Source of the DNA: Felis catus
Lineage: Eukaryota
DNA length: 64,000 nucleotides
Assembly (NCBI RefSeq): GCF_018350175.1
Contig: NC_058370.1
Location: forward strand, 30,380,001-30,444,000
Reading direction: 5' to 3'
Shown here: one piece after another, positions 1-12,772 of the stretch
How positions within the stretch are numbered: position 1 is the stretch's first letter
Layout of the letters: every line of letters starts with the position of its first letter
Position numbers and translations under genes: made by a program
The notes under the pieces: generated by a model
Told to the model about the DNA's origin: nothing
Seen by the model: only the letters and a program-made list of their open reading frames with translations
The model's database searches: none

Positions 1-77
1 GAGACCACATGGCCTGCAAAGTCTAAAATATTTACTATCTGGCCCTTTACAGAAAAAGTTTGCCAACTGCTGTTCTA
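1..77 (-). mobile_element. MER58A-like hAT-Charlie DNA transposon end (truncated by window edge)
   Basis: ggcctgcaaagtctaaaatatttactatctggccctttacagaaaaagtttgccaac matches the recalled MER58A terminal sequence. Confidence 0.7.
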
Positions 78-1289
78 AATTAACACACAAAGAGACCAAG
101 AAGGATACTCTATGGGACAAGTGACCTGGATTTTTCCACCACATCAGCTGCAAGAAGAAAAATAAATGGGGTAGGGGGTTCTAACTACCTATAAAGAAAG
201 GACATTTGGGGGATAACTGGAAAATGTGAATGGGGCTAGATCTGAGGTGGCATTAAGAAATATTAGCTGATCTCGTTGAGATAATGGACTTGTGTCATGT
301 AGAGATGTATGTCCTTATTTTTCACAGATACACACTGAAGTATTTAGAGATGAGCAACCCATGAATGACCTTGGCTAATCCGGGGAATGAAGAGAAACCA
401 CAGGGTGGCCTCCTAGTTGGGGGCTGGGCTTGCAGAGGACATGACCTTGAGGTCCCCTAGGTACCAAGCTGCCCCGGTAGCAGGCCTCAACTCCTTTCCC
501 ACTTCCCAGTGCAAGAGAAGCCCACCCAGCCCCGAGGGCCTCATGAGCATCATAAACAGCTCAGGTACCAGCCTCCCACAGATGTGAGGCAGCCTACAGA
601 GGTACAGCGAAGGGCAAGGCTTGGGTCCCAAGGTCCTAGGCCCTTCCCAGGCCCTCCCCCGGCCCCTACCTCAGCTAGCTCCCAGGCCCAGGGAACAGGG
701 AAGGGAACTATGCCCCCACTTATCTCTGGTCAGTGCCACTCTGGGGTCAGTCCCAGAAAGGCAGCCCCTTAGCCCTGGAATGCTCAACTCATCCCCAGAG
801 AGCCTGGTCCTTAAAGAGAGGCCTGCCCCCCAACCCACCTACTCCAGCCATCTGCTGAAGCTGTAGACTCAGAACTATGTAAAAAATGTGAAAAATGACC
901 AAGCACGAAGGTACCAGGCCCGCTTCCTACCTTCTGCAGAGGCTGCTCCAGCCACACCTCTGCAGCCACAGGCGAACAACAACTCAATGCCCGCAAGGTC
1001 CCCCCATCTCCCAAGACCCTTCCTGCAGGCCCGGGTGAAACTCTTAACCAGTGGCTGGTGAGGAAAGGCTCCTGGAGACTCCTTCCACAAACACTCTGAC
1101 CCACTACATGCAGGAACCCCTCCCTGTCTTTCCCAATAACCCACTGCTATGGCCTGCCTGCCTCCGTCCAGGCCCTCCCTCCTGCCTGGAACAATCCCCT
1201 GCCCCCATCCAAACCTTAGCCTCGGTCTCAGCCCCAGAGGACTTTGTTAGGGTAGCACAATCCTCATTTTATGTTCATTATTTTATGTT

Positions 1290-1410
1290 CCCCACCTTAC
1301 CAGGGCAAGGACTGTGTTTTTGCCAAACTCTTTGTCCCCAGTACCCAGCCCAGCACCTGGCAGGGAGCAGCTGTATCCAGTTTATATTCGTTAAATGAAT
1401 GAATGACCAA
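1290..1410 (+). mobile_element. L2 LINE 3' end fragment
   Basis: gggcaaggactgtg...cccagcacctggca...ttaaatgaatgaatga, typical L2 3' terminus with (AATG)n tail. Confidence 0.6.
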
Positions 1411-2029
1411 ACTAAGGGGAACCCAAGCATAGGCCTTGGCTGGACCCTCTTGGTAGATGTGACATGTCAAGGCCAGTGACTCTAAACCGGAAGCTCTCAG
1501 AAAGAGGAACTCACCCTGCTCTCTTAGCCAACCCTTGCCCCAGAGGGCACTCCCCTCCCCCCATCTCACGGAGTGTGGCCTCCCGCTGGGCATTATTCTA
1601 GCCTTGCCACAATCAGTTGCTCCCCTTGAGATGGAATGCCCTCTGCACTGCCCAGAGCTCAGTACAGAGCAGGCATTCAAGCATGCCTGTAGCGCTTGGG
1701 CAGTGAGAACACAGAGATGGAAGGCAAGTGACTTAAGGGGCCAGAGGAGGCTAGAAAAAGCAAGCCTCCTTTCTCAGCAGAGAGCCCTGTCAGTCTCTGT
1801 CCCGTGGGAGCCAGACTCTCATCCAAACACAATTCCACAGCAGAAGCAGGAGGAGAAGGTATCTAGCTTCCCCCTGCTGCAGCTGTGTCCACAGGAACTG
1901 CTAGGCCCCCTCGTAACCCCAGGCCTCTTCCCGTGCTAGCCAAGCCCTGAGTGTGGCCCAAGCTGCACAGCCCCACAGAGACAGTGGGGACGTGGTCAGG
2001 AGCATGGGCTCCAGGGCCCAGCAGTGCTG

Positions 2030-2105
2030 GTTCACATTCAGGCAGCATGGGAAGTTACTTTCAGTCTCTATGCCTCAGTTTCCTCATCTGTAACACAGGA
2101 ATAAG
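2030..2105 (+). mobile_element. MIR fragment
   Basis: aagttactttcagtctctatgcctcagtttcctcatctgtaa = MIR core. Confidence 0.65.
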
Positions 2106-4249
2106 CAGTGACCTCTTCCTCCGAGAGTTTGGTGCAGCTGGTACTTGAACCTCTTGACAGAGCTGCCCATTCCACCCGCATCTTTGCAAAAGCAAATCCC
2201 AAAGGCCCGGTTTCTAAAGCAACAGCAATTTCAGGGTAGCAGTGGTAGAGAGGCTCTTGACGCTAATCCTGGAATGGCCCTCTGGGTGGGCCCCAGGGAC
2301 TTCAGCTTTCTCAGAAAGCAGCTCAAGGGGTGAGGGGCCTCCCCCCCTTCCCTTCTCCTGCCTCTCTCCTCCCCCATTCCCAAGCCAGCCAGGTCCCCAG
2401 TGATTGCCAGAGAGCAGACTTGCAGACTGCTGCCCCCTTCAACCAGAGGAAGATGTGATGAATGTATATTCTGAGAAATGTCCCAACCCCAACAACAAAA
2501 ACAAGACCCCCTCCCCAGATTAGATAAACTGTCAACAGGTCACCGGTGGTGATACCATGGACAGTCACAGGATGGGGAGGGATGGAAAGCTGGAACAAGG
2601 GCCTTACAGGTCTTGTCTGGTTCTTAGTTACTCTCAGGGAAACTGGAGGAACAGTCTCTTTGGGAGACAGAGAGCTGAGGTCCCTCTCAGCTTTAAAGAG
2701 AAAGGCTGCTTCTAGGTTACCCTATCTAGGGCAGGGCTCAGCCAGGCCCGGTGGAACCTCTGGCATGAGATTGTCCAGGGACACGCAAGTGAGCAAACAG
2801 AAGGACAAATGGACAGTTACCCAGAAACCCGGAGTTCTCAGCCCCCTAGGCTCCTGTCCCACAGGGTGCTAGCTGCTACTCCAGGCTGTCCCAAGATAGG
2901 GCCCAAGGCTCCAGACTGAAAAGAGCACCAAGACAGTACCCATGGCAAATTGGAGCTCCAGAACATGCCATGCTTGCCCTCCATCCCACAGCTGCACCCC
3001 TGATACCACTTCTCGGCCTCAGAAGCAGCCCTCAGATCCCAGGCATCACAGGGCAAGCCCCAGCTAGTCCTCCGCTTTGCGGCTGGGGGCACGGCCCCAA
3101 ACTCTTGGGGTCTCTTTCTCATTCATTCCTCCATCCCCACCCTCAACCTGTGCAAGGACTTTCTGAGCCAGGAACTCCACGACGTTCTACCTCCCCGCCT
3201 CCCCCACTCCCACCCCACCCTAGCCCACAGCTAAATCCTGGCTTAAGGACGCAGTCCAGCAGGAGCACTGTCCAGCCTCTCATTAAAGCTCAAACTTGTA
3301 AACAGAGTGCCCATTGAGAGGACACTGACCTGCTGATTCCAGAACCTGACATAGGACTGGGCACACAGTGAGGGAATTGCATGCCTACAACAAAGCCTGG
3401 AAAGGCAAGGCTGGGTGCCAGGTTTGGTGGTGGCAGTTTTACATCAACTCAGTCTGGATGTGACTCCATTTCCTCTCTCTCCACCAGGCAAAAGTGCAGG
3501 GTTAAATATAGTGTCTCTCTCTCACAAGCAGGGGTGAAGTGGGGAAGAGACCCCTACCATCCCACACACTTGTGTCTCCCCAAACTCGTCCCCCATGCCC
3601 CAGCTAGAGGGTTCTTAGACCCCTCTAAACTCCAGATTGCCTGCCCCACCGAGGCCTTGCCCTGAGCCTGTCACCTGAAGACCCCAAGAAGTAGAGGCCA
3701 GGCCTGGTCCAGGGAGCGACACTTGCCCCTGACCTTCTTTAGCTCCCAGGGGAGAGAAATGCCCTACTCCCACTTCCCAATACCAAGATTCAAGAAAAAA
3801 GGCAACCTAAAGATTCTCTTCTCAGTCCAGCAGAGCTCCTGGTCCAGAACTTAAATAAAACCGCTCCTGCTGTGATGATAGGAAGGATATGGCCAAGCCC
3901 CCAAAGGCATCAGCGGCCCGGGTGTAAGACCCTGTATCCTCTCAGGGCCTCCATCCCCGTGGGTGTGGCGCCCCATCACCGCCCCTTTCTCATCTTCTGG
4001 GGGAAGAGATGCAGTTAGACGTCCCCCCTCCATCACACCCCTCGCAGGCTTCTAGGTGGCAGCTCTGTCCCTCATAGATAATCCTCTGCCCTCCCCACCC
4101 TCACCTCTGCTGACGCAGGAGTCTCAGGAGTCCGCACTGCCCGACATCACCGCCCTCCTCCCTGAAGATGTCGAGAACAAGGGGTTCAGAGGCTACTGGT
4201 CCAAGGTCACACAGCGAGGCAGTGACAATAGCGGGGGAGGGATACGTGT

Positions 4250-5450
4250 GTGCTGACGGTGCTGACCCCATTACGCCCCCACCCTCGCTGTGTCACACGT
4301 GCCCCCGACAACGCGCCGCGGAAAACATCCCGTCTCCACCACCTAACGGTCACCCGCGGCCTCCGGACTGACATTTCCCCAGCTCAGATGCCAGAGAGCA
4401 CCCCGGTGCGGACCGACAGCGGAACCGTCGCCCCAGCCCGGTGGGGTCCTAGTCACCAACTGCCTAGGACGGCGCTCTGCCGGGAGGAGATCTCGCCGAG
4501 TGGGGCGGAACTGGGAGGTGGCAGGAGGAGGAGCATTCTCACCGTGCAGGGCGCACCCCGGGGCCAGTCGGGCACGGTCGACCGCGGTGGCAGCGGTGGC
4601 GGTCGCGGCGGCAGCGGGGACTCAACGCCGGGCACGAGGAGGGAACCCCGCGCCGCCGCCGCCGCCCGCTTCACCGGCACGCCCCCGCCTCCGCCCATTG
4701 GCCGACCGAGGGGGTGGGGCGAGGACTCTTCCGACCAATAAGAGGACGCCAGAGAACCGCCAACGGGCGTTGCGCCACTGCATCACGTGCAGGGGGCCCT
4801 CTGCTGCGCCAGGCGAGCCTACACCTACCGGCGAGTTCTCGCGATGAAAGGATCCAGGCAGCCAGACGTGGCTAGGGGCCAGCATGGGGCGGAAAGGGGA
4901 GAGGGAAGGAGGAGCGTCTCGAATAGGCCCCGCCCGCGTCCCAACTTCAACGGTGGAGTTTGCACGACCCAACTCGAAAGGGGGCTTTCCTGGGCTCTGT
5001 CCCCTCGAGCAGCCATAAGGCAGGACTCAGAGATAGGTGGGGCGCCTGTAGGTCTCTTTTCTCCCTAGGCTTACAAGCCCGCATCGGCAATCGATATGGG
5101 CATAGCTAGGTCCTCCGGTTCAGGAGCTGAGAAACCTCCATCCTTCCCACTTTGCGACCTCGGGGTTTCAGCCTCTTCCTCTTCCACCCTATCCCTCCGC
5201 CTCAAAGGAAGCGCTCTCGCGCAGACTCGAAAGGCGTCCTGGGAGCCGGGCCGGCCCGATTAAGCATCAGAACAAAGAAGGCACGCGGGATGGGCCCCGG
5301 GGGACCGCAGCCTCTGCTCCTGGTCTCCATGGAGGCGGTCGCCATGGCAGCGGGATGCGCGTAGCTCAGCGTCTCGGGGTGGGATGTGAGCACCTGCACG
5401 GAGACTGGGAGCGAGAGGCGTGGTCCTAGGGTCTTTAGGAATTCCAGTAG
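4250..5450. promoter_or_regulatory. CpG island promoter (ADISSP/C20orf27 by synteny)
   Basis: Dense CpG; GC boxes; ATTGG 4697-4701; CCAAT 4735-4739; CACGTG 4784-4789. Confidence 0.8.
4543..4690 (-). other. ADISSP: Probable non-coding first exon of ADISSP (C20orf27); coding exons lie left of the window
   Basis: Minus-strand donor CACG|GTGAGA at 4543/4542 inside the CpG island, downstream of CCAAT boxes. Identity inferred only from conserved gene order ADISSP-SPEF1-CENPB-CDC25B-AP5S1; TSS approximate. Confidence 0.55.
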
Positions 5451-6932
5451 CTGCTCTGCGGGTGGTCCTGGAACAACAGTCCTCCTCCCACATTTCGCTG
5501 GCCTTGACAGGGTCCCTAAAGTGCCTGCGGGGAGCCTTCCAGAGCCCGAGGTTCTCTCCTTCCAATGTAACTAGGGGGAGAGATGGTATGGCGCGGCTTA
5601 GGGTCGGCTTCCTTTTAGAAGGACCTGGGTCGCTGCCTTTGGGGACCCGTCAAGGTTCCTGTCTTCCGATGGATACCCGTGACTCCTAACCTATCCCATG
5701 GCCTCTGGCCTCCACACTGTTGGCAAATTAATCTTACTGAGCTATTGTTTCCATCGCATCTTCCCCTCCTCCAAAACCTCCGTGTTCTGGGACTGTCTCA
5801 AGCAGAATTTCACAAACTTTTTAGAAGCATTTTGGGTGATTCATGCGCACTCTGGCGTTTGAGATACTGCCCTCCAGCGTGGGCATTGGGAGATTCCTAC
5901 GTTCTGATCCCAGCCCATCCACTTCTGCCAGATGATCTTTCACTACCCAGCCCCACCGTTCCATGTGCCCCACTATGCTCCCTCCGCTAAATTGTATTCT
6001 CATGTCTATTCGATTCTGCAGCGTTTAAAGTTGGCAGACCGTGGGCCTAAAGGAGACTACAGATATATTTTGTTTAGCCCACACGAGGCGTTTAAAAATT
6101 CTACTGCTTCTTCCTTTTATCCTCCTTTCTCTTCCTCTCTTTCTTTTTCCTCTTCCTCCTCTTCCTCTTCTTATTCCCCTTTTAAAATATCAGAAGACCT
6201 AACAACGTGGTCTCACATTCTAGCCTGGCACCAAAGACTGGCACATCAACTTGCTGTCTTGTCCCCACCAATCCCTGTTTTCTCACATTGATTTTACCTT
6301 CTGGGACTGTGCAGACATTTGCTTTCATGATACCCTCCTTATGCTACCTTTCCACCTAGAATGCCCTTTCCACTCTCCTTCCATGGACAGAACTCACACT
6401 CCCTTCAAGACCAAGTTAAGACCTGCCTTTATTATGTCTTTGAAGACGACTTCTTCTCCAAACTATCCCTGGTGTGGGCTGTTTCAAATAGAGACTAGCT
6501 GCTAACTGGGCACTGCCTGGGGCCATTTCCTGTCAACTTCTTTAAGCAAATATTGACTAAGTGTGTATGATGAGCAAGTCACTGTGCTAGGCTATGGAGT
6601 TACAGGTTCTCACAGTTCAGGGTGGGAGTACGCCACACAAAAACAGCTGTGGTTTCTTGTCCCTGCCAAACACTCTTCACGCTCCTAGGTGCTGGGCAGT
6701 TTGGCTGACTGGCCAATTGAAAGGATCTGCAATACAGAGCTGCCCATGCCCTGGGATACTACAGGCTCCATTGCAGCCCAATGGGTCTGTTTACCAAGAA
6801 GAGGGATGCTAATATCAGAGTGGCACCCAGGCCCTGGGACTTCCTGTGCAGAGGGCCTTAATAGAGCTTTGAGGGAAGCCACAGGCACCCTGGAGATTGG
6901 GGCAGTATGGGAAGGCATTAAGAACAACTCCA

Positions 6933-7123
6933 GGGGCACCTGGGTGGCTCATACTTTCTCTTTCTCTCTAAAATAAAAAATAAAAGGGGCACCTGGGTGG
7001 CTCAGTCGGTTAAGCATCTGACTCTTGATTTCCATTCAGGTCATGATCTCACGGTTCTCTGACAGCGCAGAACTGGCTTGGGATTCTCGGTCTCGCTCTC
7101 TCTGTGTCCCTCCCTCGCTCATG

Positions 7124-7172
<49 letters not shown>

Positions 7173-7204
7173 CAAAATAAATACATAAACATTAAAAAAA
7201 AAAA
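6933..7204 (+). mobile_element. Composite Can-SINE: internally deleted SINE (6933-6985) plus second SINE (6986-7204)
   Basis: Two ggggcacctgggtggctca heads, (CT)n and A-tail; one TSD aagaacaactccag at 6920-6933 and 7203-7216. Confidence 0.85.
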
Positions 7205-7339
7205 GAACAACTCCAGTTTAGGAGAACAGACTGAACTCATGTAAAATACCCATTCCAGCTCCAAACATATGGTATTCTGGACTCTATTCTTTTTAATAAA
7301 AATTAAACAATTGTAACTTGTTAGAAAACTGCTGGGCAG

Positions 7340-7620
7340 TATTAAAGCTGAAAATGCCAACCCTTTGACCGAGCAGTTCCATTCTTAGTTACATACCAAA
7401 AGACGTGTATACAAATACGCATGGCAGCACCATTTGGAATGGCCTCAAACTGGAGACAACCTAAGTGTCCATCAACAACAGAGTGAATAAATGAACTTCA
7501 CTGTATTCATACAATGGCCTATCATACAGCAGTGACATAAAACAGCCTCTACTGAATATGTGTAACAACATGGAGGATTCTCACAGGCAATATTAAGCAA
7601 AAGAAGCCTTGCACAAAGAT
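7340..7620 (+). mobile_element. Old L1M 3' region fragment
   Basis: ccctttgacc...caaactggagacaacctaagtgtccatcaacaacagagtgaataaat...tattcatacaatgg, typical L1M 3' sequence. Confidence 0.7.
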
Positions 7621-7819
7621 AGTATAAACTGTATTGTGTATTCTAGTACCCACCTCGGTAAACATATATATGCAATTGCTCTTGAGTATATATTGAGGAA
7701 TGAAATTGCTGGGGAATAGCTGTGATGCCTTTATAAGGTGTCAACTTAGCTGTGGTGAACTACATTTCCCAGAATTCCCTTCCAATTAGGGTGGGCCACA
7801 ACAGTCATTTGTAAAATAT

Positions 7820-8047
7820 GTTTTTATTTTTTATTTTATTTTAAAAAAATTAATGTTTATTTATTTTTGAGAGGCAAAGCATGAGCAGGGGAGGGTCAGA
7901 GATAGAAGGAGATGCAGAACTCGAAGCAGGGGCTCCAGGCTCCGAGCTGTCAGCACGGAGCCCGATGCAGGGCTCAAACCCACAAACTGTGAGATCATGA
8001 CCTGAGCTGAAGTTGGATGCCCAACTGACTGAGCTACCCAGGCGCCC
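7820..8047 (-). mobile_element. Can-SINE (SINEC)
   Basis: Reverse-complement SINE with T-tail, ending cccaggcgccc. Confidence 0.9.
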
Positions 8048-8285
8048 TTTTTCCTTTTAATTTATTTTATTTTAAATTTTTTTAAATGTATTTATTTTTG
8101 AGACAGAGAGAGACAGAGCATGAACAGGGGAGGGTCAGAGAGAGAGGGAGACACAGAATCTGAAGCAGGCTCCAGGCTCTGAGCTGTCAGCACAGAGCCC
8201 AACGCGGGGCTCGAACCCATGGACCGTGAGATCATGACCTGAGCCGAAGTCGGACGCTTAACCGACTGAGCCACCCAGGTGCCCC
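8048..8285 (-). mobile_element. SINEC_Fc
   Basis: Full-length felid SINE consensus, ending cacccaggtgcccc. Confidence 0.92.
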
Positions 8286-8474
8286 TTTACTTTTTATTTT
8301 AGAGTGAGTGTGATCTGGGGAGAGGGGCAGAGAAGGGGGGGAGGGAGAATCTTAAGCAGGCTCCACACTCAGCACGGAGCCCAATGCAGGGCTCAATCCC
8401 ACGACTCTGGAATCATGATCTGAGCCAAAATCAAGAGTCAGATGCTCAACCTACTGAGCTACCCAGGCACCCCC
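8286..8474 (-). mobile_element. Older Can-SINE
   Basis: aatcttaagcaggctccacactcagc...aaaatcaagagtcag variant. Confidence 0.85.
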
Positions 8475-9465
8475 AACAGCGAGCATTTTGGCATGATGTT
8501 CAGAGGGCAAAAGAAAAGCAGTGGCTGTATTGGCAGGCTTGCAAAGTCTAGGCAGAAGTTGTCTAGCTCATACACTTTGTTACCTGTCTGCTGGCTCACG
8601 TCATTGACATGGGATCATAGTCAGGCTTGCAACTACTTCACCCTTCCCTGGATCCTCCTTCAGTTTCTTTGACTCCTGGGTCAGATAACAGAGGGCACCA
8701 GCCTCTCCTGCAAGACACCCATATCATCAAGTTTGGAGGTAGTGGGAACTGACACGAGCTCGAGCTGGCAATCAAAGCTTTCAGCTTATTCTCATGGGTT
8801 CCGGCTTGTCCTTTCTCTCCCCCCACTTTATATCCATCCTCCCTTCCCAACGGCATGACCTGTGGACTTTAAGCTCCAGCATCAGATACAAAACAACAGT
8901 CTTACAGAAATTGTTTAACAGTTGACCCAAAGCCAACTATGTTTCTTGTTTCTATGTTTCTATGATTAAACACTAACTGACACAATAGCATAGGCAGGTG
9001 TTTAATTTTATAGGAAACTGCCAAACGATTTTCTGAAATGGTTGAACTCATAGCCCATCAGCAGAGTACTAGGAGAGTTCTAGTTGCCTCACCTCCTCAT
9101 CAGTACAAAAATTACCAGTTTTGTAAAAACATGACACTGTGCAAACCAACACAGGGCAACAGGCCACCAGTCTTCAGCCTCTGCTCTGAACCATGCCCTT
9201 GCTAAGGCCAGTTTCACAATATCCATCAAGATTACAAATGTACGTATTCTTTGGCCTAACGTAGAATTAACCATGCAGCTATACTTGCATGAAATACTAA
9301 ATATGGATGCAGGAGGTTATTCATTGTTGCATTATTGTTTTTAATAACAGAAACAACTTACATGTCCATGAACAGAGGACTGAGTAATTAAGTGTTGTAC
9401 ACACAATATAATTTTATATGGCTTTTAAAACAGGAAGTTTTCAATGTAACGGTATGGAAAAATAT

Positions 9466-10212
9466 TGTATTAGTTGAAGTTCACCAGAGAAACAGAACTA
9501 ATGGGAGACGATATAGAGACAGGGCTTTAGGTTATATAGGTGATACAGATACAGACTTATTATAAGTAATAAGCTCTTGTGATAAGAGAGCTAACTAGCA
9601 AGTTGCAAGATCTACAGAATGAGTCAGCAAACTGGAACCTAGGAGAGTCAAATCCAAAGGCTGGCAGGCTCAAGACAAAGGAAGAATTGACATTTCAGTT
9701 AGAGTCCAAAGGCAGAAAGAAAAAAAAAAAAAAGTCCCAGTTCAAAGACCATCAGAAAGAAGAAAGTTTCTCTTACTCAGGGAAGANNNNNNNNNNNNNN
9801 NNNNNNNNNNNNNNNNNNNNNNNNNNNNNNNNNNNNNNNNNNNNNNNNNNNNNNNNNNNNNNNNNNNNNNNNNNNNNNNNNNNNNNNNNNNNNNNNNNNN
9901 NNNNNNNNNNNNNNNNNNNNNNNNNNNNNNNNNNNNNNNNNNNNNNNNNNNNNGAAGGAAAGGGAGAGAGCGTCTTAAGCAGGCTCCATGCCCAGTGTAG
10001 AGCCCGACATGGGGCTCAGTCTCACAATCTTGAGATCATGACCTGAACCAAAGTCAGACGTTTAACCAACTGAGTCACCCAGGTGCCCCTACCTTTAAAT
10101 TTAAATGCAAATCTCATCTGAAAACACCCTCACAGAAACACCAAGAATGTTTGACCAAATATCTGGGCACCCTGTGGCCCAGTAAAGTTGGCATATAACA
10201 TTGACCATTGCA
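9466..10212 (-). mobile_element. MLT2C/D-type ERVL LTR with inserted SINE (9954-10089) and N gap (9787-9953)
   Basis: tgtattagt...ccagagaaacagaac and ctcacagaaacaccaagaatgtttgaccaaatatctgggcaccctgtggcccag match recalled MLT2 consensus. Confidence 0.8.
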
Positions 10213-10489
10213 TACCTGTAAGAGATTGTATGGAGTGGAAAATCAAGATACAGGACAGAGTGGGTAGTATGCTTCCCTTTTATGGTAAGAAAAGGGGGGG
10301 GGGAGAAGAATAGCCATAAAGGTGAATATTTGCTTGCATTCACAAAAAGACATTCTGGAAGAATGCACAGAAACCAAAATTAACCCTATTGCCTGTGTGT
10401 GGGCACCGAGTGGACTTTTTACTTTTTATGTGTGTTTTATCTATTCAAAACATTGAGTAACAACAAAATTTAAGTATCTTTTTGCATGC

Positions 10490-10610
10490 CTTCTCCTCTT
10501 CTAGGATTGTAAACACTTGGGGAGACAAATTGTGTTTTATATTTGTGTTCCTGGCATTTAGTACATAGTAGGCACTAAATAAACATTTGAGGAATTAATA
10601 AATGAATGAA
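10490..10610 (+). mobile_element. L2 3' end fragment
   Basis: tagtacatagtaggcactaaataaacatttg...aatgaatgaa. Confidence 0.65.
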
Positions 10611-11571
10611 CCAGAAGAAATCAGATTTCCTGTGGGTCAGAAAGGGAAGAGGGGTGTGAGGATCAGAGGGGGAAAATATGGCAATGGCTGTCAGAGGGGA
10701 AGTTTGGAGAATAACAGAGATGTTGAGAAGAGTTATAGAATTACAATGTGTGATGTAATCCACTTTCATATTTATGCCCAAGAAACATTCAATAAAATTC
10801 CCCATTGTTTGGGGGATATAATTTGTAGGGTTTCGAACATGATTTTAGATTCAGGCACATCCAGGTGTTAGGAATAGCCAGGGTTGGGGCAGGAACTCAA
10901 GGAAGAGGAACCTCCAGGACTTGGCCTAGCCTCTGCCGTGGAGGAAGCCAGCAGACTCTTGAGAGGGTGATCCCTGCCACCACACCTGTACTCTGGGCCC
11001 ACTGTCCTCCCGTCAGGCAGAACCATACCCTACCCAACTTCCTGGTCCCCAAGCCCCTCCACAAACGGTTCCTACCAGCTCCACACATAGGAGTTTCCAG
11101 GTGTGGTCCATGATGACAGATTCAGAGAACAGAACTTTGGAGAATCAGTGCAGACCATGGCAAGATAACAGTGCTAGAGCTGGGGTCAATATGTGTGAGG
11201 GCTGGTGGTTAATTTGGGGAAAGTAGAAGGTCAGGCTGAAGCCGGTGTTAACCTAAGACCAGGTTGAGTGCAGAGAAGAGGCAGGGAAGAGGCTCAGACC
11301 AAGGTCAGGAGTAGTCATCAATTGTATTTTTATTTATTATTGTAGGAGCTCAGGTGAACAGAATTGGGCTGCCCATAGTCCTTAGTTCATAATGCTCTCT
11401 CCCTGCTTGTCCATAAATAGCCCACTATGAACACCTGTAAACCCACCACCTGCCCAAGGACTAAAACATTAAAAATAACTCACTCCTATGCTTCTTGCGT
11501 CTCTGCCTTCTGCTTCCTCTCAGAGGTAACCACTATCCTAGATTTTATCCTTTCATTGCTTTTTTCCTCCT

Positions 11572-12130
11572 TGTGGTGGACAGACAGCTTCTACAATGGC
11601 TCCCAATGATCCCTGTCTCCTGGTATTCACACCCATGCACACCTCTCCCCTTGAATGTGGGCTGGACCTCATGACTTGTAATAAATAGGATACAGCAAAT
11701 GTGATGGGTGTCCCTTCTGTGATTATATTAGATAGGATTGTAATTGCCATCTTGCTAGAAGACTCTGTTAACTCTCTCCCTCGCTGGCTTTGATGAAGTG
11801 AGCTAGCATACTGGAAGTGACCAAATGGCAAGAAAATGAGGGCACCAGCCAACAACTAGCAAGAAACTGAAACCCTCGGTCCTACAGCCCACAAGGAACC
11901 GAACTCTGTCAACAACCAAGTGAGCTTGGAAGTGAATCCTTCCCCAGTTAAGACTTCAGGTGAAACCACAGCCCTAGCCACCACTTTGAGTGCAGCCTTA
12001 TGAGAAACTCTGAAGCAGAGGGCCCAGCTAGGCCACACCTGGACTCTTGACACACAGAAAAGATGAGATAATAAATTTGTGCTGTTTTAAGTTTGTGGTG
12101 ATTTCTTACACAGCGATAGAAACTAATACA
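11572..12130 (+). mobile_element. MaLR LTR (MLT1E/F-like), near full length
   Basis: TGTGGT...CTAATACA termini; aatggctcccaatgatccctgtctcctggtattcac; ataataaatttgtgctgttttaag. Confidence 0.85.
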
Positions 12131-12772
12131 AGTTATTTTCAATTCTTTTCTATTACAAAGAATGTTGCTATGACTATTGCTATACCCGTGTTACAGAATA
12201 CAGAACACAAGAGCTTAAGTTTCCCCTGGGTATATGCTGAAATATGTCTAGGAATAGAATTGTGGGGTCTCAAAATGTAATATTTCAGAGTTAGGGTCAT
12301 ATCATGGCCATAGTATCTTGGTCAGGGTTGGGAATCAAGCTTGGCCTCAGTCCATAGAACTATGGATCAAGTCTGTGAGCAGGGTTGGGAGTCACACAGA
12401 GGACAGGGTTTAGGGGCCAGTCCATGGGCAGCGTTGAGGGTGAGGGTGTGGCTACATTTGGGGAGAATCTGAAGCCTGGGTTTGGAGTTGGGTTTGGACA
12501 GGGCTAGAAGATTCTGTGAGGGTGAGTATGGGGGTCAATCTAAGGCCAGTGTTAGAAGTCAGGCTGTTCTAGGGCACAAGACCTGACCCTGTGATATCGT
12601 CAACCTACCAGGCAGCGGCCACCCAGGGCCCAGCTGACCAAAGGTGAAACCCACTCTGGGCCTACAAGGCTCTTTCACTCAAAATGGGGGGAGGGGGGAC
12701 GGGCAGTGAGGCTTAAGAAGGGCAAGAAATCTAGACAGAGAAGGCAGTCGCGGGAAAGATAGCACAACTTCT

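Larger units (their letters stand above)
7721..8984. mobile_element. ERVL (MLT2-type) solo LTR interrupted by three SINEs
   Basis: TGTGATG...TGACACA termini; perfect 5-bp TSD ATAGC (7716-7720 / 8985-8989). Confidence 0.75.

Noticed and set aside
1-4542. ADISSP coding exons
   Set aside because: No sequence encoding the recalled MAAANK N-terminus found; region treated as intron 1
4250-5450. Many 60-160-aa ORFs in the CpG islands (also 12850-14000, 29500-30700, 47400-48300)
   Set aside because: Stop-codon depletion in GC-rich DNA; low-complexity, no homology recognised
8092-8274. Recurrent ORFs MAQSVKRPTSAQVMISRS... (also 25101, 27474, 53891, 61504, 62502)
   Set aside because: Translations of SINEC_Fc bodies, not genes
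9579-10046. 155-aa ORF
   Set aside because: Spans LTR, N gap and SINE
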